From Verrucomicrobiia bacterium (lineage in GTDB: Bacteria; Verrucomicrobiota; Verrucomicrobiia; Limisphaerales; UBA1319), in the NCBI GenBank assembly GCA_963664225.1, contig OY760937.1, positions 3,136,001-3,200,000 of the forward strand: DNA of 64,000 bases, given 5' to 3'. Under the pieces are notes generated by a model. It ran no database searches, had not been told where the DNA came from, and saw only the letters and a program-made list of their open reading frames with translations. Shown here piece by piece: positions 10,472 to 20,410 of this stretch (its first letter is position 1; every line of letters starts with the position of its first letter). The translations under genes and the position numbers were made by a program.

Positions 10472-11341
10472 CTATTGATTGTCTGGCTTGTCAGGCTTCT
10501 TGCGATTGTGGTTCGGGAGCGGGGGCGGGGCGCTGAGTTTGCGGTAAATCCAGGTTTCAATGGGCCGCAGCGGTTGCAGCCAGCGATAAAACGGCGAATA
10601 CACCAGCCGCAGACGCATCACCGAGAGGAACATGACGAGCGAGGTTTTGCCCAGAACGACTTTGGAACCGATCTGATCAGTCCATTCGGTGGGCACCTCG
10701 AGAATGGAATATCCGGCGCGTTTTAGGACGTATAAAAGGTTGATATCGAAGGCCATATCCGCAATTCGCAATGCCGGGTGAACGCGTTCCACCGCCTCGC
10801 GCTTCATGACTTTGGCCCCGCATTGTGTGTCCCTCAGATTCATCCAGAAAAAACCCTGCACGATCATGTGGAATATGCGGCTGGCAAACTGACGCTTGCC
10901 CGACTGGCTTTGGTGAAGAATTGCCCCGGGTAGCCAGCGCGAACCGATGACACAATCCGCGCGGTCGCACTTTTTGACGAGATCCAGAAATGCGGCTGGA
11001 GCTGTCGCACCGTCCGCATCCACATAGCCGATGAGATCGGCCGTGGGCCACAGCTTCAACCCTTCGATAAGGGCGCCGCCCTTGCCGATAGGCGCGGGGA
11101 AATTCAAGGCCCGGATTTCCGGGAACTCCGCCGAGGCGTCTTCAACAACGCTCAATGTGCCGTCGTTGCAACCATTTAAAACGACGACCAATTCGAATTT
11201 CCCGGGGTAATTTGCGCGGAAATAGGTGGCGTAGTCCCTCAATACCGGGGCAATCCGGCGTTCTTCATTGTACGCCGGGATCAGGAGCAGGACACTGGGA
11301 ACTACTTGGGTCACAAGGTATTGTTTAGCAAATATTTTCAA
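10472..11341 (-). CDS. GT2 glycosyltransferase (polyprenyl-phosphate hexosyltransferase-like)
   Basis: IPAYNEE, GKGGA, YVDADG, IGSR and DTQCGAK motifs. Confidence 0.9.
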   Translation of the reverse strand: MKIFAKQYLVTQVVPSVLLLIPAYNEERRIAPVLRDYATYFRANYPGKFELVVVLNGCNDGTLSVVEDASAEFPEIRALNFPAPIGKGGALIEGLKLWPTADLIGYVDADGATAPAAFLDLVKKCDRADCVIGSRWLPGAILHQSQSGKRQFASRIFHMIVQGFFWMNLRDTQCGAKVMKREAVERVHPALRIADMAFDINLLYVLKRAGYSILEVPTEWTDQIGSKVVLGKTSLVMFLSVMRLRLVYSPFYRWLQPLRPIETWIYRKLSAPPPLPNHNRKKPDKPDNQ

Positions 11342-11517
11342 AAAAGCAATCGGCGCGATGCCTTCTTTTCAGAAAAATCGAATATTCCGGTCAACCCGAC
11401 TTTAACTCCTTGTAACCAACCGCCGCGCTATGCCGTCTTAATCACCGTAATGAACGAGATTTGCAAGCCGGTAACGGAATCCGGTTTCAGGACTCGAACG
11501 ACTACAAAGACAAGTTT

Positions 11518-11925
11518 ATGAAGATGATGAAATACAGTGTGATCGCGGCGCTCGCCCTTGGCGGGTTGGTAATGACAACCCCCATGACCTTCGCTCAGGA
11601 TTCGGCCACAACACCGACCGCCACGCAGAACGGAAGAGGCCAACGCGGCCAGGGTCAGACCATTCAAGCTTTGACCAAGGAACTCTCCCTGACGGATGCT
11701 CAAGTCAAGGATGCCAAGCCCCTTTTTGAAAAACGCGCCACCGCCATGAAGGAACTGCGCGCCAAGAACCTAGACAGGACGGAAATGCGTCCGGCGATGC
11801 AGAAGATCCAGAAGGATTTCACCGACGGCATGAACAAGATCCTCACTGCCGACCAGAAGACCAAATGGGAAGCAGCGCGCAAAGCCGCCCAGGAAAAGGC
11901 CCGCAATCGCGCTCCGCAGCAATAA
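11518..11925 (+). CDS. Exported basic helical protein, Spy/CpxP-like
   Basis: Signal peptide; LSLTDAQ and ILTADQ (LTxxQ) motifs. Confidence 0.6.
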   Translation: MKMMKYSVIAALALGGLVMTTPMTFAQDSATTPTATQNGRGQRGQGQTIQALTKELSLTDAQVKDAKPLFEKRATAMKELRAKNLDRTEMRPAMQKIQKDFTDGMNKILTADQKTKWEAARKAAQEKARNRAPQQ

Positions 11926-11984
11926 GACACCGCTCCCATTCAATTCACCGGATCCATTTCACAATGGATGCGGATCTGAAATAT

Positions 11985-12018
11985 AAAAAAGTTGGATCGT
12001 CTGATCCAACTTCTTTCT
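11985..12018. terminator. Intrinsic terminator between convergent genes
   Basis: AAAAAAGTTGGATC-GTCT-GATCCAACTTCTTTCT hairpin with A/T tails on both sides. Confidence 0.75.
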
Positions 12019-12117
12019 GTACACATAAAAACCTGTGCGAGACCGCAGAAGCGATCCCAACCAGGTAATTATTTGCGGGATTCCCCGGTCAGGGGCCGAA
12101 AACCGCGATCAGCCGGA

Positions 12118-12546
12118 TCAATGGCAGCCGCAGCCGCCGCCACCACCAGAACTGCAACACCCTTCTTCCTGCATATCCTCTTCCACAGGCAGGCGTCCCA
12201 ATTCGAGAGTCTTGCTCACATGTTGAACGACGAGTTTTTTCAAGTCGTGGAGGGATTCCTGGGCGTCCAGGAAACCAGTGGCCACCGGATTCTTGAGTAG
12301 GGCGTCGCGCTGTTTTTCAAAATCCTCGATTTCGTCGGGCGTCAGTTGGCCGCCTTCCTGTTGCTTGCCGCGCAGGGCGGTGCCCAATTCAGAAACGGCC
12401 TGGTATTGCTTCCGGGATTCCTCGTGATCCATGAATGCCTGGATGCGATTCTGCAGGTCTTTATACTCGGGATGATCCAAAATGAGCTGGCAAAGTTCTT
12501 TTGTTTTAAGAACCACTGCGCCGTTGGATGCCATTAATTGCGTCAT
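12118..12546 (-). CDS. YlbF/YmcA (Com_YlbF) family regulator
   Basis: ELCQLILDHPEY...LLKNPVATGFLDAQ pattern; Cys/His-rich tail CCSSGGGGGCGCH. Confidence 0.75.
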   Translation of the reverse strand: MTQLMASNGAVVLKTKELCQLILDHPEYKDLQNRIQAFMDHEESRKQYQAVSELGTALRGKQQEGGQLTPDEIEDFEKQRDALLKNPVATGFLDAQESLHDLKKLVVQHVSKTLELGRLPVEEDMQEEGCCSSGGGGGCGCH

Positions 12547-12692
12547 ACGATATATCTATTGCGGACAGGGGCGAGGGCATCATTGCCCAAACCGCCAGCC
12601 AGAGGATAATACATCACACTTAAAGCCAAAGCGCAACTCCGGGCAAATCGATGTCGCGCGGTGTGCCGACCGCACGGAAACCTGACGGTCCA

Positions 12693-13280
12693 TCAGGCCG
12701 CGGGCCATGTGGAGGAGGCGCTCTGCGGACTGGCGTTGAGCTGGCGCACCCCATCCACCACATAAAGGGCGCCGGATGCCGCCGTGGTCAGCGCGGTGGC
12801 CAGGGCCAGGTAATAAATGCTCGCGGAATTCCATTTGAGCAGCGTCCAGCTCACCACCACCATCAGGAGAACCGTTGAGATCTTTCCAAGAATGCGCGGT
12901 CGGACCCGCATTTTGCCGCAGGTGTAGTGAATAACGAGGGAGCCGAGCAACAAAATGGCGTCCCGGCTGAACACGATCGCCGTCAGCCACAGCGGCAACT
13001 GGTCGAACCGGGGGCGATTGTTGAAACTCAGCAGGATCAGCGCCGAGATCAGGAGGAGTTTGTCCGCCAGCGGATCCAGCACCGCGCCCAATTCGCTGAA
13101 TTGATTGTAATGCCGCGCGATGTAGCCATCGATGCCGTCGCTGATGGCCGCCAGGGCAAAGGCGAGCACCGCGATCAGCCGACAGACTTCATTGCCCGTC
13201 TGTACATAGTACACCGCCTGCACAATAAACACAGGTATGAGCAGTATCCGCCCGATGGTGACTTTGTTGGCTGTGGTCAT
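12693..13280 (-). CDS. pgsA: CDP-alcohol phosphatidyltransferase (PgsA-like)
   Basis: ANKVTIGRI and SDGIDGYIAR...G..LDPLADK signature. Confidence 0.85.
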   Translation of the reverse strand: MTTANKVTIGRILLIPVFIVQAVYYVQTGNEVCRLIAVLAFALAAISDGIDGYIARHYNQFSELGAVLDPLADKLLLISALILLSFNNRPRFDQLPLWLTAIVFSRDAILLLGSLVIHYTCGKMRVRPRILGKISTVLLMVVVSWTLLKWNSASIYYLALATALTTAASGALYVVDGVRQLNASPQSASSTWPAA

Positions 13281-13498
13281 GCAACTTGGATGGTTCCTCT
13301 CCCGCCAATGAACCATGGAACCACTGTCGTCGCGCTAAACATAAGTCAATAGTCAATATTTAGCAAGGCGGGCCCGCCTTCGACCGCGCGCGCGAGAAAT
13401 ATTTCGGGAGGCTTGACACGCTGGCTGCGGCTTGTTTGTGTGGGGCCATGTACGCCCGTTTTTCAGTTCGCACAACCGTGCCTTGAGAGGAAAACACC

Positions 13499-14932
13499 AT
13501 GCCAAATTTAACCCGTCGCACTTTTCTAAGTTCCATCGGTTTGACCGGCGCCTCCCTGTGCCTGGGAACCTCGTGGGCCACCGCCAGGGTTCCTGGCGCC
13601 AATGACACCGTTCAGATTGGTGTCGCCGGACTCAACGGACGCGGCGGGGACCATATCAACGCGTTCCTGGAAATGAAGAACGTCCGCATCGCCTACCTGA
13701 TCGATCCCGACAAGCGCACCTGGGCGGCCAAGGTCAAAATGATCCAGGACAAGGCGGGATACACCCCAAAAACAGTGCAGGACGTCCGGCAGGCGCTCGA
13801 GGACAAAAGCCTGGACGCGGTATCCATTGCCACGCCTAACCACTGGCATTCGCTGATCGCCATTTGGGCCTGCCAGGCGGGCAAGGACGTGTATGTGGAA
13901 AAACCGTGCAGCCATAATGTGCGCGAAGGCCGCATTCTCGTGGAAACGGCGCGCAGGTATGACCGCATTGTGCAACACGGCACCCAGAGCCGCACCGGGA
14001 CACTTGGCGTTCAGGCCCGTGAACTCGCCAAATCCGGTCAGTATGGCAAGCTGCTTGTTTCCCGCGGACTGTGTTACAAACCGCGCGTGAGCATCGGCTT
14101 CAAGCCCGAGAAAACTCCCCCGCCGGAACTGGACTTCAATATCTGGCTCGGGCCCGCGCCCGAACAGCCGTTTCACGAAAACCTGGTTCACTACAACTGG
14201 CACTGGTTCTGGGACACCGGAAACGGCGACATCGGTAACAACGGCGTTCATCAAATGGACATTGCGCGCTGGGGCATTCCCGGGGCCACACTGCCCAGGA
14301 GTGTCATCAGCCTGGGGGGCCGTTTCGGCTATACCGATCAGGGCCAGACCGCGAACACGCAGATTGCCATCTACGATTTCGGCGCCACGCAGTTGGTATT
14401 CGAGGTGCGCGGGCTTAACACGGATGGTTTCAGGGGACAGAAAATCGAAAATTTCTTCCACTATGAAAAAGGGACGCTGACCGGCGGGAAATACACTCCC
14501 AACGAAGGCGGCGAGGCCATCAAACTGCCCACTGGTCAATTCAAACTCGGGCCGGGCGATAATCACTTCGCCAATTTCATCGCCGCAGTCCGCAGCCACA
14601 AAAAGTCTGATCTGAACGCTGAAATTCTCGAGGGCCACTACAGCAGCGCCCTCTGTCATCTGGCCAACATTTCCTATCGCTTGGGCGAGACGGTTCCTTT
14701 CAATTCCAAGACCAAGGCCTTTGGCGACAACAAGGAGGCCTACGATACGCTCGCCCGCATGGAGCAGCATCTGGCGGGTGAAAACGGCCTGAAGCTCGAC
14801 GGCCTGCAATACCGCCTGGGACGCAAACTGATCATCGACGCCAAGTCGGAAAAGATCGTCAACGATCCCGAGGCGTCGAGGATGCTCACCCGAGAGTATC
14901 GCAAACCGTTCGTCGTGCCGGACAAAGTGTGA
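13499..14932 (+). CDS. Tat-exported Gfo/Idh/MocA oxidoreductase
   Basis: TRRTFL twin-arginine signal; ATPNHWH, GKDVYVEKP and HQMD motifs. Confidence 0.9.
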   Translation: MPNLTRRTFLSSIGLTGASLCLGTSWATARVPGANDTVQIGVAGLNGRGGDHINAFLEMKNVRIAYLIDPDKRTWAAKVKMIQDKAGYTPKTVQDVRQALEDKSLDAVSIATPNHWHSLIAIWACQAGKDVYVEKPCSHNVREGRILVETARRYDRIVQHGTQSRTGTLGVQARELAKSGQYGKLLVSRGLCYKPRVSIGFKPEKTPPPELDFNIWLGPAPEQPFHENLVHYNWHWFWDTGNGDIGNNGVHQMDIARWGIPGATLPRSVISLGGRFGYTDQGQTANTQIAIYDFGATQLVFEVRGLNTDGFRGQKIENFFHYEKGTLTGGKYTPNEGGEAIKLPTGQFKLGPGDNHFANFIAAVRSHKKSDLNAEILEGHYSSALCHLANISYRLGETVPFNSKTKAFGDNKEAYDTLARMEQHLAGENGLKLDGLQYRLGRKLIIDAKSEKIVNDPEASRMLTREYRKPFVVPDKV

Positions 14933-14966
14933 GGTGCTAGTGACGAACGGGACACCGGGCGTTGGG

Positions 14967-17408
14967 ATGTCACGAATTGCGGTTCTCTGGAGCCGCAAAA
15001 TCGGATTTCCCCTGGTTCCGGTCGCGTTGCTTTACACAGCGGGCATTCTTTTGGGCCGTCTGGCTCCAGCGCCGTCCCTGATGTGGCTGTTTGGCGGTTG
15101 CCTGCTGGCGCTGGCCGCCTGGTTCATTTCGCACAAGCAGCAGAGTCGGTGGCAATGTTCATTGGCCGTGCTTTTGGTTCTGGCAGGCTGGACGAATCTG
15201 GTCTGTCGCACGCAACCGCTATCCCCGAACGATCTACGGTTTTTACTTAAAGGCGAACCCGAGCTGATCGCATTGCGCGGAGTTCTGACGGAAACTCCGT
15301 CCGAGCGGATTCAGGAGCGACGGGGCCGGGAATATTCGCGTGCGCTTGCCTTGGTGGACGTCACTCAAATCGAACGCAACGCCAATGGAAATTGGGAACC
15401 GGCCTTTGGACGGGTGATCGTCAGCACCACGGGGACACTTCCGCCCAGCTATTACGGTGGACACGGAGTGGAAATTGCCGGCGTGATTGAATCGCCCAAA
15501 TCCGCCGCCGCAGAGGGATTGTTCGATTACCGGGAATATCTCTATTGGCAGGGGGTCCACTTCTCAGTGCGCGCATCCACAAACGATTGGAAGTTGATCG
15601 CACCCGATCCCGGCGAACCCTCAGTATCCGATCGTTTTGCCCAATGGGCGCATGGCGTTCTCGCGCGCGGTTTGCCTGTGGAGGACGAATCGCTGCGCCT
15701 CATCTGGGCCCTGGCGCTGGGATGGAAAACCGGCCTCACGAACGAGGTGTCCGAGTCTTTCATGCGGACCGGAACGATGCACATCTTCGCGATCAGCGGC
15801 CTGCACATGGTCTTGATCGCGGGCATCCTGGTGAGCCTGCTGCGCGTGGCGCGGATTCCCAGAGGGGTTTGTGGCTGGCTGGTAATCCCGGCCATCTGGT
15901 TCTACACGGGTGTCACCGGCTGGCAATCCTCGGCCATCCGCTCCACGGTGATGATGACCGTGGTCATTGCCGGCTGGGCTTTGCACCGTCCAGGCAATTT
16001 GCTCAACTCCCTTTCAGCGGCAGGTTTTATTCTGTTGCTGTGGGATCCGCGCCAGCTCTTTCAGGCGAGCTTCCAACTCTCCTTTTTCGTGGTGCTCATG
16101 CTGGGCCTGCTCTCACCCGTCTTCGCGGAATTGCGGGAACAAATCCACCAGACCGACCCAATGCTTCCGGATAAGCTGCGGCCCGGGTGGAAACGAATCC
16201 TGGAAACTCCTTGGCGTTGGCTCACTGCGAGCTTCAGCACCTCGTTTGCGGCGTGGGTGGGATCGCTGCCAATCATCGCCTGGTATTTTCACATGATCAC
16301 CCCGGTGAGCCTGCTGGCCAATCTGGTCATCATCCCCCTGAGCAGCTTCGCGTTGATGTGCCACATGGGCAGCCTTGTCTGCGGTCCATGGTGCGACTGG
16401 GCCTGCGTGCTCTTCAACCATGGCGGCTGGTTTTTTATGACGGTCATGGTGAAATTGAGCGATTGGATGGCCCAATGGCCCACTGCATTCCTCTATGTTC
16501 GCCCGCCGGGAACGGTCTATTTCCTGATCTATTACGGAGTGCTGTTTGGATTTTTAGTCCTGTCTGGCCCTCCCAAGACCTGGCGGCGATGGGCCGTCGC
16601 AACCGCCATTTTTGTGGGCCTTCTTGTGCTTCTTCCATTGTCGAACCTGCGTATCCATCCGCGCCTGACCGTGCTCGCGGTTCAGAATGGCGATGCCATT
16701 TTTCTCGATGCGCCATTCTGGGAGAAGGATTTTCTGATCGATGCCGGAAATGAGGAAACAGGAGAGTTTCTCGTCAAACCCTTCCTGGGCGCCCAAGGTG
16801 TAAACGGGCTCCCATACTGCGTTCTGACGCATGGCGATATTGCCCATGTGGGCGGATTTCCTGTCATTCATGAGACTTTTAAACCGCGCCGGTATCGGAC
16901 AGGTGCGCTTCCGTTCCGGTCCCCGGTTTACCGGCGGGAATTAAAGGATTGGAAGGATAAGATACAGAGCGCATCCCGGGGCGCGCGCATTGGCATCTGG
17001 ACCGTGTTGCATCCTGACGCCGGAGATTCCTTTTCATTGGCCGACGATAAGGCGCTGGTGCTGCGCGGCACAGTCGAGGGAGTTCGCGTCCTCCTGCTTT
17101 CGGACTTGGGCAAGTTGGGCCAGCGCGCGTTGCTGGAACGCGAACCGGATCTGCGCGCGGATATCGTGGTGGCTGGCTGGCCTTCGAATGGCGAGCCGCT
17201 TCAGGACGATCTGCTGGCGGCCATCCAACCCCGTCTCATTCTCCTGAGCACCGCAGGCACACGTTCCTCGAACGCATTAAAGAAACAGATGCTCGCTCGA
17301 CTATCGCGCTTGGGCGCAGAAGTCAAAACCACCGAAACCTCCGGTTCCATGACTCTCGAATTCGCCCGCGCGCAATGGACACTCAAGGAATATGGAAAAG
17401 TCGAATGA
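14967..17408 (+). CDS. comEC: ComEC/Rec2 competence protein
   Basis: GTMHIFAISGLH, SAIRS, SFQLSF and LLANL motifs; C-terminal MBL-like domain. Confidence 0.9.
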   Translation: MSRIAVLWSRKIGFPLVPVALLYTAGILLGRLAPAPSLMWLFGGCLLALAAWFISHKQQSRWQCSLAVLLVLAGWTNLVCRTQPLSPNDLRFLLKGEPELIALRGVLTETPSERIQERRGREYSRALALVDVTQIERNANGNWEPAFGRVIVSTTGTLPPSYYGGHGVEIAGVIESPKSAAAEGLFDYREYLYWQGVHFSVRASTNDWKLIAPDPGEPSVSDRFAQWAHGVLARGLPVEDESLRLIWALALGWKTGLTNEVSESFMRTGTMHIFAISGLHMVLIAGILVSLLRVARIPRGVCGWLVIPAIWFYTGVTGWQSSAIRSTVMMTVVIAGWALHRPGNLLNSLSAAGFILLLWDPRQLFQASFQLSFFVVLMLGLLSPVFAELREQIHQTDPMLPDKLRPGWKRILETPWRWLTASFSTSFAAWVGSLPIIAWYFHMITPVSLLANLVIIPLSSFALMCHMGSLVCGPWCDWACVLFNHGGWFFMTVMVKLSDWMAQWPTAFLYVRPPGTVYFLIYYGVLFGFLVLSGPPKTWRRWAVATAIFVGLLVLLPLSNLRIHPRLTVLAVQNGDAIFLDAPFWEKDFLIDAGNEETGEFLVKPFLGAQGVNGLPYCVLTHGDIAHVGGFPVIHETFKPRRYRTGALPFRSPVYRRELKDWKDKIQSASRGARIGIWTVLHPDAGDSFSLADDKALVLRGTVEGVRVLLLSDLGKLGQRALLEREPDLRADIVVAGWPSNGEPLQDDLLAAIQPRLILLSTAGTRSSNALKKQMLARLSRLGAEVKTTETSGSMTLEFARAQWTLKEYGKVE

Positions 17409-17476
17409 TGCCGTCAACCTCCGGTTCATTGAAACCGGCGTTGCTTTTATTAAGGAACCAGACTCAGCCTGCGCGT

Positions 17477-18046
17477 TCAGCGCGAAAGCGTGAGGAAGTT
17501 CTTCAGAATGGTCCGGCCCTGGTCGGTCAAAATGCTTTCAGGATGAAACTGCACGCCCCAAATCGGATACTCCCGGTGGCGCACGCCCATGATTTCGCCT
17601 TCCTCAGTGTCAGCCGTAATTTCCAGGCACGTCGGCAGGCTGTCGCGTTCGATCACCAGGGAATGATAACGCGTGGCATTGAAAGGATTGGGCATGCCCG
17701 CAAAGAGGTCCTTGCCATTGTGCCGGATAGGCGAAGTCTTGCCGTGCATCATCCGGTAATTGACGTTCACCGTTCCGCCAAACGTGTGACCGATGCATTG
17801 GTGGCCCAGACAAACACCGAACACCGGCAAATGCGGCCCGAAGGTCTTGATGATCTCGTTGGAGATGCCCGCCTCGCGCGGCGAACAGGGGCCGGGCGAG
17901 ACGAGTATGCGTTCCGGGTTCAGCGCCCGGATTTCCTCCAGCTTCACCTGGTCGTTGCGCAGCACCTTGACATCCACCTGCAATTCCCCGAGGTATTGCA
18001 CTAGGTTGTAGGTGAATGAATCGTAATTATCTATGACCAAAACCAT
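17477..18046 (-). CDS. pabA: Anthranilate/aminodeoxychorismate synthase component II (glutamine amidotransferase)
   Basis: [27 protein letters not shown] and QFHPES motifs. pabA and trpG cannot be distinguished. Confidence 0.9.
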   Translation of the reverse strand: MVLVIDNYDSFTYNLVQYLGELQVDVKVLRNDQVKLEEIRALNPERILVSPGPCSPREAGISNEIIKTFGPHLPVFGVCLGHQCIGHTFGGTVNVNYRMMHGKTSPIRHNGKDLFAGMPNPFNATRYHSLVIERDSLPTCLEITADTEEGEIMGVRHREYPIWGVQFHPESILTDQGRTILKNFLTLSR

Positions 18047-18261
18047 AAGATCGTCTCGGCCAAGTTAATGGATAAACCCCGTGTTGCGCCAGTGATTTGT
18101 TGATCCACGAGCCGGAAAGCCGGAAATGCATTGCGGACCAATTCAGTTTCAGAGTTCGGCCCGTGTCCATTTGCGAATCGGGTGTTTGAGATTATGTTGT
18201 GGTTCAATAACGCCGCAACGAATGCGTCATTTCGGTGCGCGTTAAACACGGACAAGGAATT

Positions 18262-18735
18262 ATGCCCAAAAAAGTGGAAGTAAATTTGAAACCGGGAGAC
18301 AAGGCGCCCGATTTCGATGCCCCGGCCAGCAACGGCGGTCGCATCTCGCTGGCCAGCCAGGCCGGAAAAAATGTGATTTTGTATTTCTATCCCAAGGATG
18401 ACACCCCCGGATGCACCAAAGAAGCCTGCGCCTTCCGCGATCATTTCGCCGACTTCCAGAAAAAAGGGGCCGTGATTCTGGGTGTGAGCGTGGACCCGGT
18501 CGTGTCCCACGATAAATTCATCGCCAAATACAAACTGTCGTTCCCCTTGCTCTCCGATGAGGACAAAAAGATCGTCCATGCCTACGGGGTGTGGGGCGAA
18601 AAAGTGTTCATGGGGCGCAAATACCAGGGCACGCATCGGGTCACTTTCTTGATCGGACCGAATGGAGTCATCAAGAACATCTGGACGGAGGTCAAACCGG
18701 GCGAACACGCCGAGGAAGTTCTCGCGGCACTTTGA
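18262..18735 (+). CDS. bcp: Peroxiredoxin Bcp/PrxQ
   Basis: YFYPKDDTPGCTKEAC motif. Confidence 0.92.
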   Translation: MPKKVEVNLKPGDKAPDFDAPASNGGRISLASQAGKNVILYFYPKDDTPGCTKEACAFRDHFADFQKKGAVILGVSVDPVVSHDKFIAKYKLSFPLLSDEDKKIVHAYGVWGEKVFMGRKYQGTHRVTFLIGPNGVIKNIWTEVKPGEHAEEVLAAL

Positions 18736-18806
18736 CAAAACACAGTTTTGGTATTACAATGAGGGCTGTGGCTTTTGAGAACAATTAAGGAAACAATAAA
18801 AATATT

Positions 18807-19286
18807 ATGGCACTGAATGTTGGGGCCAAAGCGCCCGATTTTTCCCTGAAATCCAAACAGGCCTCCGGTCTGGTGGACGTGAAACTGAGCAATAACTTTG
18901 GCAAAAAGAACACGGTCGTCCTGTTCTTCCCCCTGGCGTTCACCGGCGTTTGTACGGCGGAAATGTGCGAACTGACCAACAGCCTTTCCCAGTATTCCTC
19001 CCTGAATGCCGATGTCATTGCCATCAGCGTGGACAGTCCTTTCTCGCAGGAAGTCTGGGCGCAGAAGGAAAAGATCAGCATCACGCTGGCCAGCGACCTG
19101 AACAAACAGACCGCCAAGGCCTTCGGCGTCCTTCTGGATGACCTGGGCGGGCTGGGATCGGTGAGCGCGCGCGCCGCGTTTGTGGTCGATAAGAATGGAG
19201 TCGTTCAATACGCCGAGCAGACCCCCACCGTGAAAGACCTTCCGAATTTCAGCAAGGTCAAAGAGGCCCTGGCCAAACTGAAGTAA
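18807..19286 (+). CDS. Peroxiredoxin, AhpE-like
   Basis: FFPLAFTGVCTAEMC, ISVDSPF and RAAFVVDK motifs. Confidence 0.88.
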   Translation: MALNVGAKAPDFSLKSKQASGLVDVKLSNNFGKKNTVVLFFPLAFTGVCTAEMCELTNSLSQYSSLNADVIAISVDSPFSQEVWAQKEKISITLASDLNKQTAKAFGVLLDDLGGLGSVSARAAFVVDKNGVVQYAEQTPTVKDLPNFSKVKEALAKLK

Positions 19287-19316
19287 GCGCAGTCGGTAAT
19301 TTCTTTGGATTGGCAG

Positions 19317-19357
19317 GCAGCCGGACCCTCCTTAGCGGGGCGTCCGGCTGTTTTTTT
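19317..19357 (+). terminator. Intrinsic terminator
   Basis: CAGCCGGAC...GTCCGGCTG hairpin followed by a T run. Confidence 0.75.
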
Positions 19358-19370
19358 AAGAAACCTGTTC

Positions 19371-20264
19371 TCAGCCAGGCACCACGACCCGGATCTTCTT
19401 CGAGTGCATCTGAAGCGTTGCAGGCAGCCGACCCACGAGTTCCCCGTCCAGTTCAAAACCCACTTTTTCGTCGCATTGCAGCGTCAGCGTTTGCGTTTGC
19501 AGGTGCGTGACACCTCGTGTGGGACGCCTGAACGTCGCGAGAGCCACCGGCGCGCAAAAAGCCAGAAAGGCCGTGTTGATTTTGGGAAACAGGGCGACAT
19601 CCATTTTGTGATCGCAAAGGTCCGCCTCGGGAAAGAGCCGGAACGGACCCCCGTAATACCGGCCATTGCCAATCACCACGGCATCAGCCACCCCTTTCCC
19701 CTCTGGAGTGCCCCAGTCAATCCTGGGATGCCGCTCCAACAACGCGATGCAGGCCGCCACGCCATAGGCGATAAACGCGCTCCTCTTTTTCCATTTCCAG
19801 CTCACCAATTCCACCGCTCGCGCGTCGGGTCCGGCGCCGGCCAATTGAATAAAATAACGGCTCTCCATTCCCAGCGGGGAGGAGAATCGAGCCTCGCCCA
19901 GATCGATGGATCGCTCCGTGCCTCCGCGGATGATTTCCCAGGCGCGCTCCAAACGAGTCGGCAGCTTGATCTCCAGTCCGAATACATTTGCGGTACCGAT
20001 CGGGAGAACGCCGAGGCGGGAGCGTTCGAACCCCCCGGGAGCGTCGCCGATGCCGTTGACCACCTCGTTCACCGTGCCATCACCGCCGGCAGCCACAATC
20101 GTGTCGAAGCCCTCAATCACAGCCTCCGCCGCCAGGAGACGCCCCGCCCCCGCCGCAGGAGTGGGTTTAAGGGTGCATTCGCCGCGCAGGCCCTCCAGAT
20201 ACTGGCGCAGGCGTTCGGCTTTTGCCCCGCGGGCCGTTGGATTATAGATGATGCAGGCGCGCAT
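19371..20264 (-). CDS. Diacylglycerol/lipid kinase family (YegS/DagK-like)
   Basis: NPTAR, AGGDGTVNEV, PIGTAN, GNGRYYGG and ELDGE motifs. Confidence 0.9.
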   Translation of the reverse strand: MRACIIYNPTARGAKAERLRQYLEGLRGECTLKPTPAAGAGRLLAAEAVIEGFDTIVAAGGDGTVNEVVNGIGDAPGGFERSRLGVLPIGTANVFGLEIKLPTRLERAWEIIRGGTERSIDLGEARFSSPLGMESRYFIQLAGAGPDARAVELVSWKWKKRSAFIAYGVAACIALLERHPRIDWGTPEGKGVADAVVIGNGRYYGGPFRLFPEADLCDHKMDVALFPKINTAFLAFCAPVALATFRRPTRGVTHLQTQTLTLQCDEKVGFELDGELVGRLPATLQMHSKKIRVVVPG

Positions 20265-20410
20265 GAGGGACTCTTTGACCATTTCAACGGGTTCGCACGA
20301 AACCTTTGTATGCGAAGCGCGTTTTCAAGAAAAGGCCGAATTCCAGCCACGCAATGTGACGGTCCTTGAATGGTGAATTTCTGGTGAAATGAAATTCCCA
20401 GAAACAACGA

